Under the pieces are notes generated by a model. The model saw only the letters and a list, made by a program, of their open reading frames with translations, did not search any database and had not been told where the DNA came from. This document shows positions 36,993 to 46,210 of a stretch of 64,000 nucleotides of DNA, one piece after another. Made by a program: the position numbers and the translations under genes. This DNA is from an uncultured Candidatus Saccharibacteria bacterium (GTDB taxonomy: Bacteria; Patescibacteriota; UBA1384; CAYGGE01), in NCBI GenBank assembly GCA_964349485.1, contig CAYGGE010000001.1:69204-133203 (forward strand). Reading direction: 5' to 3'. Position 1 is the first letter of the stretch, and every line of letters starts with the position of its first letter.

Positions 36993-39368
36993 ATGAATAA
37001 AAACACCATAGCATTTACGATATTTGTTCTAGTTTTATGGTTACTACCGACGACAGCTGCAGCCCAATTTGTACCTATAGGGGAAGTGGCTTCTTTGGGG
37101 ACGGTGGCGCAGCAGGGGGAATTGCAGCAGGTGCTCGATGCTTTGGCAAGGAAGAGTGATACGACTCGAAAAAAAGCAATCATTACCCTTGGCCAACTTG
37201 AAGATAAGAGTATTGGAGCCTCTAACGCTCGTCGGCAGATTGAGGGCGAAGTTGGCAGTCTTAAGGTAGCATTTAACAAAATTCTGGCTGACTACTCAAG
37301 GCAAACCCCGCAGACTGCCTCCCTTCGTGAAGCCTATCAGGTAGCTCAGACCTACCTAAACGATATACGAGCCATGACTGACGATGCGGCTAGTCAAGCT
37401 ACCCTCGAAAAGAAACTTGATCCTTCGGCACCGACGGGCAAATATTTAGCTCATCAGAAGAAAGTACAATCCCATACTACAGCGGCTGTCGCTAAGGCTG
37501 ATGCCCGATTAACGGAGCGGGGTAAAAAGGTTACTGTTTTGCGTGATTTAGAACAAATAGTTCAGGATACTCAACGTCAAATAAATCTAGCGACAGCGAG
37601 CTATTTACTCGAAAATGCCGATGTCTTAGAGTCTGTTTTGCAACGGATCAATACCAAGGCTCTTGAAGACCTTTCGGCCGCTATGGAGAGCCGTTTCAAG
37701 GAAGCAAGTACGCGCAGTTCTGATCAAGAAAACGATCTCAATACTGAGGAAGATGGCATCTTCCAGGGAGTCAAGCAAGAGCTGAGTGACACTGTCGATC
37801 GCGCAATTAGCACTTTCGACTTGCTAGTCAAGCAAGTCCTCTCTGCAAATCTACCCAGTGCGAGTCAAGAACCGGGTGTAAACCCGCTCCTTGAAGCGAA
37901 GTTCAAAACACAGAAGCAGATGGCAGATATTCTCCAAACTTCGCTTGATCGGATCAATAAAATTAACGGCCGCACTGGCCAAAATGCTGATTATTCCGCT
38001 CTACTTAAGGAAGTCATCGCCAAGGAAACTACCAGACAGAAGCAACGCCTGACTGATACCCATAAAGAGTATGAAGGTAATTTTATAGCCGGTGACCCAA
38101 CTAGACAGCAATACACCAAGCGAAAAAGAGCTGCCCAAGAGAAGGCAGAAGGTTGTACTAGTTTCTTGTGCGATATCGGTCGCGTAGTCTCAGGAGTCGG
38201 CTCGGCATTCATTAGTGGAGCTACTGGCGGTTTAGTCAATATCCCCCCGCAAACGTTTAGTGGCGGTCTATTCGGTATCCAAGACCCGACCTATGCCGCT
38301 TCGCCCTACTCCTCAAGTTACCTTAATGGTGCTCCCAGTTTACCGTTCGTGAACGGACAGTACACCACCATGGGTGCATATGGTGGGCAAAATATCTCAA
38401 TTAATCCCCAGTGCATCATGTTTCGCGGCCAAGATAGTCAACTGTCTTTTCTGGGCGTAGCACAGGCGCAGGGCGGAGCAGAGGAATCACAGTCTAGCGG
38501 TGATCAAGGTCAGGCTCGTGGTACCGGAAGTAGCTCAGTTGATACTGAGAGGAGCACCACCAGGACTAACCAAAACCGAGGCTTCTTCGGTGAGCTATTT
38601 GGTGGTAATCTCGGCAGGGCCTTCGGCGGCTTTAGCCAAACACTCCGTAACGGCGCCTGCGGTACCTATCAAAACCAATATAGTATGGGGACAAATTCAT
38701 ACTATGGTGGTCTCCCTGTCATGCAAGCCATGGGCTTACCAGCCAATGCACAACTCAATTTGCCTCAAAACTATGTACCGGTCTTGAGCCAGCTCTTTCA
38801 GTCGCTTGGCCAACGCGATCCGCGATTGGCGCAACTTCTCCCGATCTTCGACGACGGCCAGCTCACCGGCAACGAAAGTGCCCAGCTCCAACCGTATCTT
38901 CAACAGATTGGCTTTTTCTCGAGTGCTACCAATAGTCCCTTCTGGCAAGATCCAATACGCGGCCTAGTTCTTGGTGCCTGTCACCAAGCATTCCAGCAGT
39001 CTAATCAACTGGCACTACAGATCTGCAAACAACAGTTTACTGGCGACCGATTGCTCAATACGACCGGTCGAACCAACAGTGTACCCTCTACTGTGAGTGG
39101 TGCCAACGACCAAAGCGCATTAACAAAGGTGCAAGCGATCGTGACGAACCGAATCCAAACTTTGTCTGCCGCTGGTCCCTTCCAGTGTCAATCCGCAACC
39201 AATATTGTTCAAGATGTTGATGCAATCCGTTTTGCATATCGAACGGTTCAGAGCGAGACTGTTAAATCGCAGGTAACTAATCTCTGGCATGGCATGCTCA
39301 GGCAATTCGAAGTCACTTGTCCCAATGTCAGCGTCATTCAACTTTATAGTCCCGGCTACTCACAATGA
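36993..39368 (+). CDS. Giant secreted paralog 2 (about 792 aa). It has the same conserved N-terminal half, and its C-terminus carries a Gly/Ser/Gln-rich low-complexity segment.
   Basis: ORF track 36945..39368. ATG at 36993 comes after the paralog-1 stop at 36982. Signal peptide MNKNTIAFTIFVLVLWLLPTTAAA. Confidence 0.55.
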   Translation: MNKNTIAFTIFVLVLWLLPTTAAAQFVPIGEVASLGTVAQQGELQQVLDALARKSDTTRKKAIITLGQLEDKSIGASNARRQIEGEVGSLKVAFNKILADYSRQTPQTASLREAYQVAQTYLNDIRAMTDDAASQATLEKKLDPSAPTGKYLAHQKKVQSHTTAAVAKADARLTERGKKVTVLRDLEQIVQDTQRQINLATASYLLENADVLESVLQRINTKALEDLSAAMESRFKEASTRSSDQENDLNTEEDGIFQGVKQELSDTVDRAISTFDLLVKQVLSANLPSASQEPGVNPLLEAKFKTQKQMADILQTSLDRINKINGRTGQNADYSALLKEVIAKETTRQKQRLTDTHKEYEGNFIAGDPTRQQYTKRKRAAQEKAEGCTSFLCDIGRVVSGVGSAFISGATGGLVNIPPQTFSGGLFGIQDPTYAASPYSSSYLNGAPSLPFVNGQYTTMGAYGGQNISINPQCIMFRGQDSQLSFLGVAQAQGGAEESQSSGDQGQARGTGSSSVDTERSTTRTNQNRGFFGELFGGNLGRAFGGFSQTLRNGACGTYQNQYSMGTNSYYGGLPVMQAMGLPANAQLNLPQNYVPVLSQLFQSLGQRDPRLAQLLPIFDDGQLTGNESAQLQPYLQQIGFFSSATNSPFWQDPIRGLVLGACHQAFQQSNQLALQICKQQFTGDRLLNTTGRTNSVPSTVSGANDQSALTKVQAIVTNRIQTLSAAGPFQCQSATNIVQDVDAIRFAYRTVQSETVKSQVTNLWHGMLRQFEVTCPNVSVIQLYSPGYSQ

Positions 39369-39384
39369 ATCTATAGTTGCCAAT

Positions 39385-39420
39385 CAAACAAAAAGAGGTC
39401 GATCGACCTCTTTTTGTTTG
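39385..39420. terminator. Perfect 36-bp palindrome CAAACAAAAAGAGGTCGATCGACCTCTTTTTGTTTG, a bidirectional terminator between convergent genes
   Basis: Read directly. It is flanked on both sides by A/T runs. Confidence 0.8.
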
Positions 39421-39433
39421 ATAATACAGACTG

Positions 39434-39871
39434 TTAGAAACCGTTCGAGTTAAACCCGGCGCCGAAGCCGTTACCACCTACTTGTTGGGCTTGCTCCTGA
39501 ACGAAGCCGCCAACCCAGATAATGATTGAGTAGGAAAGGATTATAACCACAATCCCGATAATCGCGTTGTAAATGGCTGTTCGGGCTTTTTTCGCCTTTT
39601 CTTCATCGGTGCTGGCTGTGATGTACTGAATACCGGCCCAGACTAGGTAAAGGATGGCGATAATTGCAGCCAGGAGAATCACTAAGTTAAAGAGGTTCAA
39701 GAAAAAGCTCACAATGTTGAAATTGCCACTAGGTTGAACCGGGAATAAAATTTGCTTCAGTCGATCAAGGTTAATGGCCTGGGGAGCGCCGCCGAATTGA
39801 GCGAAGGTCACGGTAGGGAGCGTGAGGGTAGTCAGAGCGACTCCGGCACGCAACAGGAACTTATTCATCAT
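39434..39871 (-). CDS. VirB2/TrbC-like T4SS pilin-domain protein (signal peptide, then hydrophobic helix, charged loop DEEKAKKAR, second hydrophobic helix)
   Basis: Topology read from the sequence. The charged loop flanked by two long hydrophobic segments is shared with the next three genes. Confidence 0.55.
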   Translation of the reverse strand: MMNKFLLRAGVALTTLTLPTVTFAQFGGAPQAINLDRLKQILFPVQPSGNFNIVSFFLNLFNLVILLAAIIAILYLVWAGIQYITASTDEEKAKKARTAIYNAIIGIVVIILSYSIIIWVGGFVQEQAQQVGGNGFGAGFNSNGF

Positions 39872-39940
39872 TCCTCCTTAAAGGATGTAGGACATAGGTT
39901 TTCTTAAGTATACAATACCTACACAATACTACAAGTAGGG

Positions 39941-40459
39941 CTATTTTTGGATGTCACGAACCGCTGGCAGTTGTTGAAGTGGGGCGTTCAAGTCCGTGTT
40001 GACTGGTTCATTATCCGCTTGGGGAGGAACGACCTTGAACATGTCCAGTCGCTCTTGGCAACGGTCGATGTTCTGACCTTGTGCATTACGAATCACGAAC
40101 AAACCATTAAACTTTCCAGTATTATCGAAGATTTGATACTGAACCCCGAGGAAACCTCGCACAAACATGACGAAGAAGAACAAAGAGATAAGAACCATGA
40201 GCAAGCCGATAACTCCATTACGTAAACCTTCGCGTGACTTCTTGATCGACTCTTCGTCGCCAAAGCTCCGCAGTAATCCGAAACTGTTGGCGCGTATAAC
40301 CGTCATTAGCGCCATGATACCAAACCATAACAAGCCAATGAATAGCAAGTTAAAGAGGATCGGTAAACCCTGTTGAATTGGACAGGCCCAGAGGGCAGGC
40401 TCGCCGAAGTTGGCGAGGTAGCGAGAAATGTTATCGTAAATAATCGTGCTATCAGTCAT
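39941..40459 (-). CDS. VirB2/TrbC-like pilin-domain paralog (loop GDEESIKKSRE)
   Basis: Same helix-loop-helix pilin-like arrangement. Confidence 0.5.
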   Translation of the reverse strand: MTDSTIIYDNISRYLANFGEPALWACPIQQGLPILFNLLFIGLLWFGIMALMTVIRANSFGLLRSFGDEESIKKSREGLRNGVIGLLMVLISLFFFVMFVRGFLGVQYQIFDNTGKFNGLFVIRNAQGQNIDRCQERLDMFKVVPPQADNEPVNTDLNAPLQQLPAVRDIQK

Positions 40460-41208
40460 TAGCCACCACCAGCAATGAGATAACGAATGAGCAGCGAAAA
40501 CTGATCGGAGACAAAGTAACCTAAGATCAAAATAATGATTACACTGACGGTGGCAATCAAGTAGTTCCTGGCTCGCTTGACCTTCTCTTCATCGTCCCGA
40601 GCCATGATGTACATTATCCCACTAAAAACGATGGCGAAGAGGATGAACATCGGCCAGAAGACTTGATCGAGAAAATTTAACATTACACGAACGAAGTTTT
40701 GGCGTAAGGTCGGTAGCTCTGCTCGGACGGCATTGTAACCCAGATCGGGGTCAAAGAGTTCTTTGGTTGGTTCGATTGCCACATTGATGTCTGTCTGACT
40801 GGCGATGATTTGTTCAACTTGGCCCTTACTAAAGTTTTTTACGATGGTTGCCGCATTGATTACTACCTTTTTTGGTGACTCGTCGGTTGGTACGGTAGCC
40901 AGGGCAATCGTTATGCTCTTGATCTGTGGGCCAGGGGCGGGAGTGATAGGGATGGCATTGGTTTTCACGACGCGGTTATCGGCAATCACCGCAAACGCGA
41001 CGCCGTACTTGTTGGTATCGCCAGGGATCGGTAGTAGGGTGACGGTGTAGGTTAGGGTGAGATCGTCGCCGTTAACTACTGCTTTGTTAATTTCGATTGA
41101 AGGGGAAGCGGCGGCTTCGACCGATGTGACGACGAAAAAGCTAGCGACAATTATGAGCCCAATCGCTTGATAAATTAGTCGAAAATATTTTTGTATTAAA
41201 GTAATCAT
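40459..41208 (-). CDS. Pilin-domain paralog with an N-terminal extracellular domain (C-terminus MYIMARDDEEKVKRARNYLIATVSVIIILILGYFV)
   Basis: C-terminal helix-loop-helix pilin-like domain. 1-nt and 4-nt overlaps with neighbours suggest translational coupling. Confidence 0.5.
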   Translation of the reverse strand: MITLIQKYFRLIYQAIGLIIVASFFVVTSVEAAASPSIEINKAVVNGDDLTLTYTVTLLPIPGDTNKYGVAFAVIADNRVVKTNAIPITPAPGPQIKSITIALATVPTDESPKKVVINAATIVKNFSKGQVEQIIASQTDINVAIEPTKELFDPDLGYNAVRAELPTLRQNFVRVMLNFLDQVFWPMFILFAIVFSGIMYIMARDDEEKVKRARNYLIATVSVIIILILGYFVSDQFSLLIRYLIAGGG

Positions 41209-42452
41209 CTGTTCACTCGTTGAAAGAGGTTTTCTAAGAAAGTATTGGGAACTTCTTGACTGCCGACCGTATTGGTAACATTGGTCGCGTAGTCAGTATA
41301 CTTATCTTCGCTCGTAAAGCCGATCGGTTCAAGAGCTAGGAAGTTAGCCAGGACTCTAGCGAACATGAGGAGCATGATCCCGATTATCGCTCCACCCATA
41401 ATCTCGCGCGATTTCTTCAGCTCTTCTGGGTCTGCGGAGTCCCACATAAGCTTACTGCCCGCGTAGATAGTCATGAGTACAGCCAAGATGATGCCGATCG
41501 GCAGGGCAAAGCTGACAATATTGGATGCATATTCGCCGATGTTGCTGACTAAGCCAAATTCAGTTGGTGCGACCACGGTGTCAATGTGGCGGGTGGTGCC
41601 ACTCGTCACTGTTCCATCAGTGAGGGTAGCCGAGACGGTATACTCTGTAGCCAGATCACCTTTCGATTTGACATCAGCAAGGTGATAGATGTGGTATTTG
41701 GCCTCGGTGAGGGACAAACTGGTGCGATCGTTTGGATCATTGATTTCTAGAGGTATAGCGTCGGGAGTAGAGGGCTGAATTGTGTATTTGGTTACGTTAT
41801 CGACTGCCTTCCAGACAAGGTCGGCTTTGTAAGTGTCATTTACTTTGGTGATACGGAGCGTTGGATTGATCTCCGGCTTTATTAGACCTTGGCTTGTCCG
41901 ACCGATGGCTGTCGCTGTCTTCGCCCCTTCTTTGAGGGCAGCTGTGTCGGCCGGTTTTGCTGTAGGGATGGCAGTCGATGCGGGCGGTGCTTTTATGCCT
42001 GCGCCAAGAATCTGTTCGCCTGTTCCGTTTAATGAGGTGGTAGAGACAATTTCATTCCCGCCCTTTACCAATTCAAGTGTTCCCTTTGCCGACTTAGCTT
42101 TCTTGATCGTCAAGTCATTGGCCAGGGCGAGAGTATAAAATCCATTAGTCACGGTCTGGGTCAACTGTTCTTCTTTACTACCTAGAGTAGTGTAGACCAG
42201 GTTATTACTATCTGTTGTCGCCATACTAAAACGGAGCTGATAACTATCGGCATAGGATTTGGCTTGAGCAGAATATTGAAAGCGAATCGTCTTTAGACCG
42301 TCATAGGTTACACTATGGAGCGTTACTTTGTCCGAAGTGGTCGGTGCTGCCATGGCCGCTTCACTACTCAATAAGACGAGCCGGCTAGTAAACAAAAAGG
42401 CTATGACAATGAGCCATCGATATTTAAAAAGTTGGTTCAAAACATAGCTCAT
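41205..42452 (-). CDS. Pilin-domain paralog with a large N-terminal extracellular domain (C-terminus AGSKLMWDSADPEELKKSREIMGGAIIGIMLLMF)
   Basis: Same C-terminal module. The 415 aa protein has a signal-anchor at its N-terminus. Confidence 0.5.
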   Translation of the reverse strand: MSYVLNQLFKYRWLIVIAFLFTSRLVLLSSEAAMAAPTTSDKVTLHSVTYDGLKTIRFQYSAQAKSYADSYQLRFSMATTDSNNLVYTTLGSKEEQLTQTVTNGFYTLALANDLTIKKAKSAKGTLELVKGGNEIVSTTSLNGTGEQILGAGIKAPPASTAIPTAKPADTAALKEGAKTATAIGRTSQGLIKPEINPTLRITKVNDTYKADLVWKAVDNVTKYTIQPSTPDAIPLEINDPNDRTSLSLTEAKYHIYHLADVKSKGDLATEYTVSATLTDGTVTSGTTRHIDTVVAPTEFGLVSNIGEYASNIVSFALPIGIILAVLMTIYAGSKLMWDSADPEELKKSREIMGGAIIGIMLLMFARVLANFLALEPIGFTSEDKYTDYATNVTNTVGSQEVPNTFLENLFQRVNR

Positions 42453-43819
42453 CGCAAAATCCCAGTTATGGCTGTCGCCGCTTGGGTTAAGATAGTCGCG
42501 ACTGGTTGACCATCTTCAGTTGCCCCCTTAATGAGTTGACTGAATATCTGATCGACAATTCGAGGCGATGGCCCCTTGTACCAATTTGTCGTGTTGGGGT
42601 TGATGATGGCGGTTATGGTTTCGTCCTGCGATTCTTCGGCAACACTGGCATTGGCGTAAATCTGGGGCGGAATCTGTGAAGTCTGCTTCGCATAGACACT
42701 AGTGATATCGATATTGCTGGTTGAGTATTGGATAAACTGCCAGGCGATCTGTTCTCGCTTGGCTCGCTGTTCTTTGGTGAGCCTCGAAGCTGACTTACTA
42801 ACCACGAGGCTTCGGTATTTGGCTAACTGGACCTCTTTACTTACTTCCGCTGGTGTATCGCCTACCGGGATTTTCTTCAGACCACGCTGAGGCACGCCGG
42901 AAACAGAGTAGTTGAGCTTGCTATTCAAGAGCTTCATCTGCGGGTAAAGCGACAGATAGTTAATCATCATCGACAAATTACCGCTAGCAAAAGCCTGGGT
43001 CGAATAAGGTTGGTTCGCGTCCCAACTTTGGTAAGCTGATGCGGGGTCGGCAAAGCTATCAAAGAAGGTGACGGCTTCTTGACCGAGGTAACGATATTCG
43101 CCACTGTCCGGATCTTGGATGAATAGATCAAAAGTGGCTTGTTTGTGGGCGGGATCAACCATCTGAACACCGAGTTGCATCATGACGAGCTGTAATATAT
43201 GGCTAGCCCGATCGAGATTGCTTGCCGTACCCATGGCGAAACCTGGTCGAACAATCGTTTGGTCGACTCGGAGTGTCGTTAGCTTAGCGATAGCGGCTAA
43301 TTCCTCCCAAGTTTTGGGGGGTTTCTCGATCCCTGCCTGTTTCATGTGATCAACATTCATAAATAGCACGAGCGGGTCGATAGTGATCGGCATGCCATAG
43401 AGGGTGTCGTCGATAATCATCTGATTGGCGATTGCTCTTGCGTAAGTCTTTTTGAAGATCTCCTGCTCGCCTTTACTTGGAAAGACAAAACCGGCCAGTT
43501 TATCTTTATGACGAGCTAGCTCATCGTCTCGAATTTCCCAGATGTCTGGTCCCTTACCGGCCGCTAAGGCGTTAATTACTGCGGTTTCATAGTCATCGGT
43601 CGGCTCAAAGAGACGCGTCTCGATGTTAATAGTCGGTACATCTTTTTCGTAAGTTGCAATGAGCTTATCGAAAACCTTATCGTCGCCTGACTGCTTGACG
43701 TGCCAATAAGTTAAGGTTTGTTTGGCCTGATTAACAGCCTGTTGATCATTACGTAAACCACAGCCAGTCAAAAAGAGTGGTGTAATGGCGAGGAGAGCGA
43801 GGGATGTGAACTTATTCAT
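42449..43819 (-). CDS. Extracellular solute-binding lipoprotein (ABC-transporter SBP family 1-like), orphan
   Basis: Lipobox LTGCG. SBP_bac_1-like features (TLTYWHV..., GPDIWEIRDDELARHKDKLAGFVFP). There is no permease or ATPase nearby. Confidence 0.55.
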   Translation of the reverse strand: MNKFTSLALLAITPLFLTGCGLRNDQQAVNQAKQTLTYWHVKQSGDDKVFDKLIATYEKDVPTINIETRLFEPTDDYETAVINALAAGKGPDIWEIRDDELARHKDKLAGFVFPSKGEQEIFKKTYARAIANQMIIDDTLYGMPITIDPLVLFMNVDHMKQAGIEKPPKTWEELAAIAKLTTLRVDQTIVRPGFAMGTASNLDRASHILQLVMMQLGVQMVDPAHKQATFDLFIQDPDSGEYRYLGQEAVTFFDSFADPASAYQSWDANQPYSTQAFASGNLSMMINYLSLYPQMKLLNSKLNYSVSGVPQRGLKKIPVGDTPAEVSKEVQLAKYRSLVVSKSASRLTKEQRAKREQIAWQFIQYSTSNIDITSVYAKQTSQIPPQIYANASVAEESQDETITAIINPNTTNWYKGPSPRIVDQIFSQLIKGATEDGQPVATILTQAATAITGILR

Positions 43820-45182
43820 AGGCCTCCCCTCGTAGGATGTGGGTACTTTGCTTAGTTAGGCGGTCGATCACAACTGATAATGGCTCGCCAGAAAGTGTCG
43901 CATCGATAGCTTGGTGGAAGACGGTTTTACTGGCCTTGATGTCGTTACGATACCAGAGGCTAGCCACCGCGGGCGTTCCTTTGGGGGTGTCAATCTGGGC
44001 CAAAAATGGAGCGAGGAAGGGACTAAAACTCGAGCTTTGCAGGAGATCACGACGAGCCGGTGGTCGACCAGAGGCTAGGGCATAGCGCAGGTTATTGTCT
44101 TTATTGGTTAAGAACTGGATGAAATTCCAAGCCTCGACCGGGTGTTTACTGACTGATGGCACGCCGACAACTAAGGGCGAAGCAAGGGTGATGGGGTCAC
44201 TCGTGTCGCGAATTTGCGGCATGATACCAGTCGCCAGCGGGAAAGTCGGATTAGTTTCGGTGATATCGCGAATTCGGTAACTGTAGTCAATGAGGAGCGG
44301 CAGCTTTCCAGCCATAAACAATTCAAAATCTTGTGATTGATCCTTTGTCCAAGCATAGTTTTCCTTACTTGGAGAGGCAAAGCTGGTATAGAAATCGAGA
44401 GCGGCTAATCCTGGCTGAAAGGCCTCGCCCGTCGCTTTCGAAATGGTTTCATTGTAACGTGCTTCTGTTTTCTGGCTGTCGGTCATGGGGGTATGGTTTT
44501 GCAGAAGTAAGGTCGCCAAAATCTCATCGGCACGACTGACGTTGGTGCTCGAACCAATGGCTAGGCCAGGCTTGGTGAGATTCACCCCATTGCGCTCGCG
44601 TAGTTTATTGGAAGCGGCGATCGTATCGTCCCATGTTTGGGGCAAGCGGGGAATCGACTTTTGTTGTAGTAGGCTAGTGTTGGCAAACAAGCCCAAAGTA
44701 TCAGCGGCGATCGGAAGAGTATATACTGCACCTTTTACGATATTTTCTGTTTGGGTGACCGTAGTATAGCGTTCGTTGAAGAGCGTCACATTGGGTGAGG
44801 GCTTAATTTTTTTGGCGAATAACCGTTTTTTTGTGGGCACAGCGTCTTGGCTAGCCAACAGTCCCTCGGGGACTATAGCGAGTTTATCGTGATGCTTGGG
44901 TAACCAATCTTGAGGAATGAGCCAAATGTCGGGTCCGTCTTGGCTAGCTAAGAGGTTTAGTGAGGCGAACTCGTAAAGTGAGGCCTCTTTTTGGGTGTAA
45001 TTGACGGTGACTCCCGGGTGAGTGGCTTCATAGCTATCGATAATCGGCTGGAAGAGTGAGACATCATCGTAAACGCCCCAAAAATTTAAGGCTACTGGTC
45101 TAGCATCGTCAGTTGTTAGTGGCGTTGACTGCTTCGGGACGTCAATAAATTGCCAAACCAAATAAATACCTGAAAGGACCAT
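43812..45182 (-). CDS. Extracellular solute-binding protein paralog (SBP family 1-like), orphan
   Basis: LNFWGVYDD, GPDIWLIPQDWLPKHHDKL. Overlaps the next gene by 8 nt. Confidence 0.5.
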   Translation of the reverse strand: MVLSGIYLVWQFIDVPKQSTPLTTDDARPVALNFWGVYDDVSLFQPIIDSYEATHPGVTVNYTQKEASLYEFASLNLLASQDGPDIWLIPQDWLPKHHDKLAIVPEGLLASQDAVPTKKRLFAKKIKPSPNVTLFNERYTTVTQTENIVKGAVYTLPIAADTLGLFANTSLLQQKSIPRLPQTWDDTIAASNKLRERNGVNLTKPGLAIGSSTNVSRADEILATLLLQNHTPMTDSQKTEARYNETISKATGEAFQPGLAALDFYTSFASPSKENYAWTKDQSQDFELFMAGKLPLLIDYSYRIRDITETNPTFPLATGIMPQIRDTSDPITLASPLVVGVPSVSKHPVEAWNFIQFLTNKDNNLRYALASGRPPARRDLLQSSSFSPFLAPFLAQIDTPKGTPAVASLWYRNDIKASKTVFHQAIDATLSGEPLSVVIDRLTKQSTHILRGEAYE

Positions 45183-45240
45183 CAGGAAGATAAGGATCCC
45201 TAAGGCAATACGTAGACCGATGCTCCCCTCCTCGTTCCCC

Positions 45241-46113
45241 TTAACTGACTGTTTTCAAAAATTCAAGCATTTCGCCTCTCGTGTCGTCACGCTGTAAGGC
45301 GAAATAGACGTTAGCCTTCAAGAAACCAATTTTACTGCCGATGTCCCAGTAGTGACCGGTCACTATCTTGCCGTAGACCGTTTCCTCTTGAAGTAACTTG
45401 GCGATTGCATCGGCTAACCAAATTTCATTCGATTTACCTGGCTTGGTTTCGACCAGGAGCTCCATGATACGTGGAGTGAATAAGTAACCGCCAACCGAGA
45501 ACAGATTGCTCGGCGCTTCTTCCGGGGCCGGCTTCTCGATCATGGTATCGATGGCATAGACAGAATCGCTGACGGCTCGGCCGCCGACGCAACCGTAACG
45601 TTTGCAATGGGCTTCGAAAGTTTCCTCGCTACTCTGGATACAGGCTAAGACTGAGCCACCGTAAGTATTGTAGGTATCGATCATCTGTTTAACTCGAGGT
45701 TCATTGCCCTCAAAGATATCATCACCCCAGGCGACGACGAACGGTTCATTGCCAACCAGATCCTTAGCCATCAAAATAGCATGACCATTACCGAGTGGCT
45801 CATGCTGGTAGACGACAGAAATCTTCACTCGCTTCTCAATCGCCCGAATTTCGTCTAGCAAATCTTGCTTACCGCTCTCAATCAGTCGCTTTTCGAGGTC
45901 GTGATTGGGCTTAAAGTAGTCTTCAATCGCCTGTTTACTGGGATGATTGACCAAGATGACTTCTTCGATACCTGAATCGGCCGCTTCCTCAATGAGGTAG
46001 TGGATAACTGGTCGATCGACAATTGGCACCATCTCTTTAGGGATGGTTTTAGTGGCCGGGAGCATACGGGTGCCGAAGCCGGCGACCGGGATGACCATTT
46101 TGGTGATAGGCAT
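45241..46113 (-). CDS. galU: UTP--glucose-1-phosphate uridylyltransferase
   Basis: KMVIPVAGFGTRMLPATKTIPKEMVPIVDRPVIHYLIEEA matches the GalU N-terminal motif. Confidence 0.85.
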   Translation of the reverse strand: MPITKMVIPVAGFGTRMLPATKTIPKEMVPIVDRPVIHYLIEEAADSGIEEVILVNHPSKQAIEDYFKPNHDLEKRLIESGKQDLLDEIRAIEKRVKISVVYQHEPLGNGHAILMAKDLVGNEPFVVAWGDDIFEGNEPRVKQMIDTYNTYGGSVLACIQSSEETFEAHCKRYGCVGGRAVSDSVYAIDTMIEKPAPEEAPSNLFSVGGYLFTPRIMELLVETKPGKSNEIWLADAIAKLLQEETVYGKIVTGHYWDIGSKIGFLKANVYFALQRDDTRGEMLEFLKTVS

Positions 46114-46124
46114 GTGGTCCTTTT

Positions 46125-46210
46125 GGTTGTCTAGTTATCTCGTTGTCTGGTTCGCTTCGCTTATCTGGTTGTGAACTAGAAAACTAGACAACCAGAAAAC
46201 GAGATAACTA
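46125..46210. repeat. Copy C of the intergenic repeat element. It has 21-bp imperfect terminal inverted repeats (TAGTTATCTCGTTgTCTGGTT / AACCAGAaAACGAGATAACTA), starts 12 bp upstream of the galU start and overlaps the hsp20 stop.
   Basis: Aligned by eye with copies A and B. The core is TTCGCTTCGCT. Confidence 0.7.
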
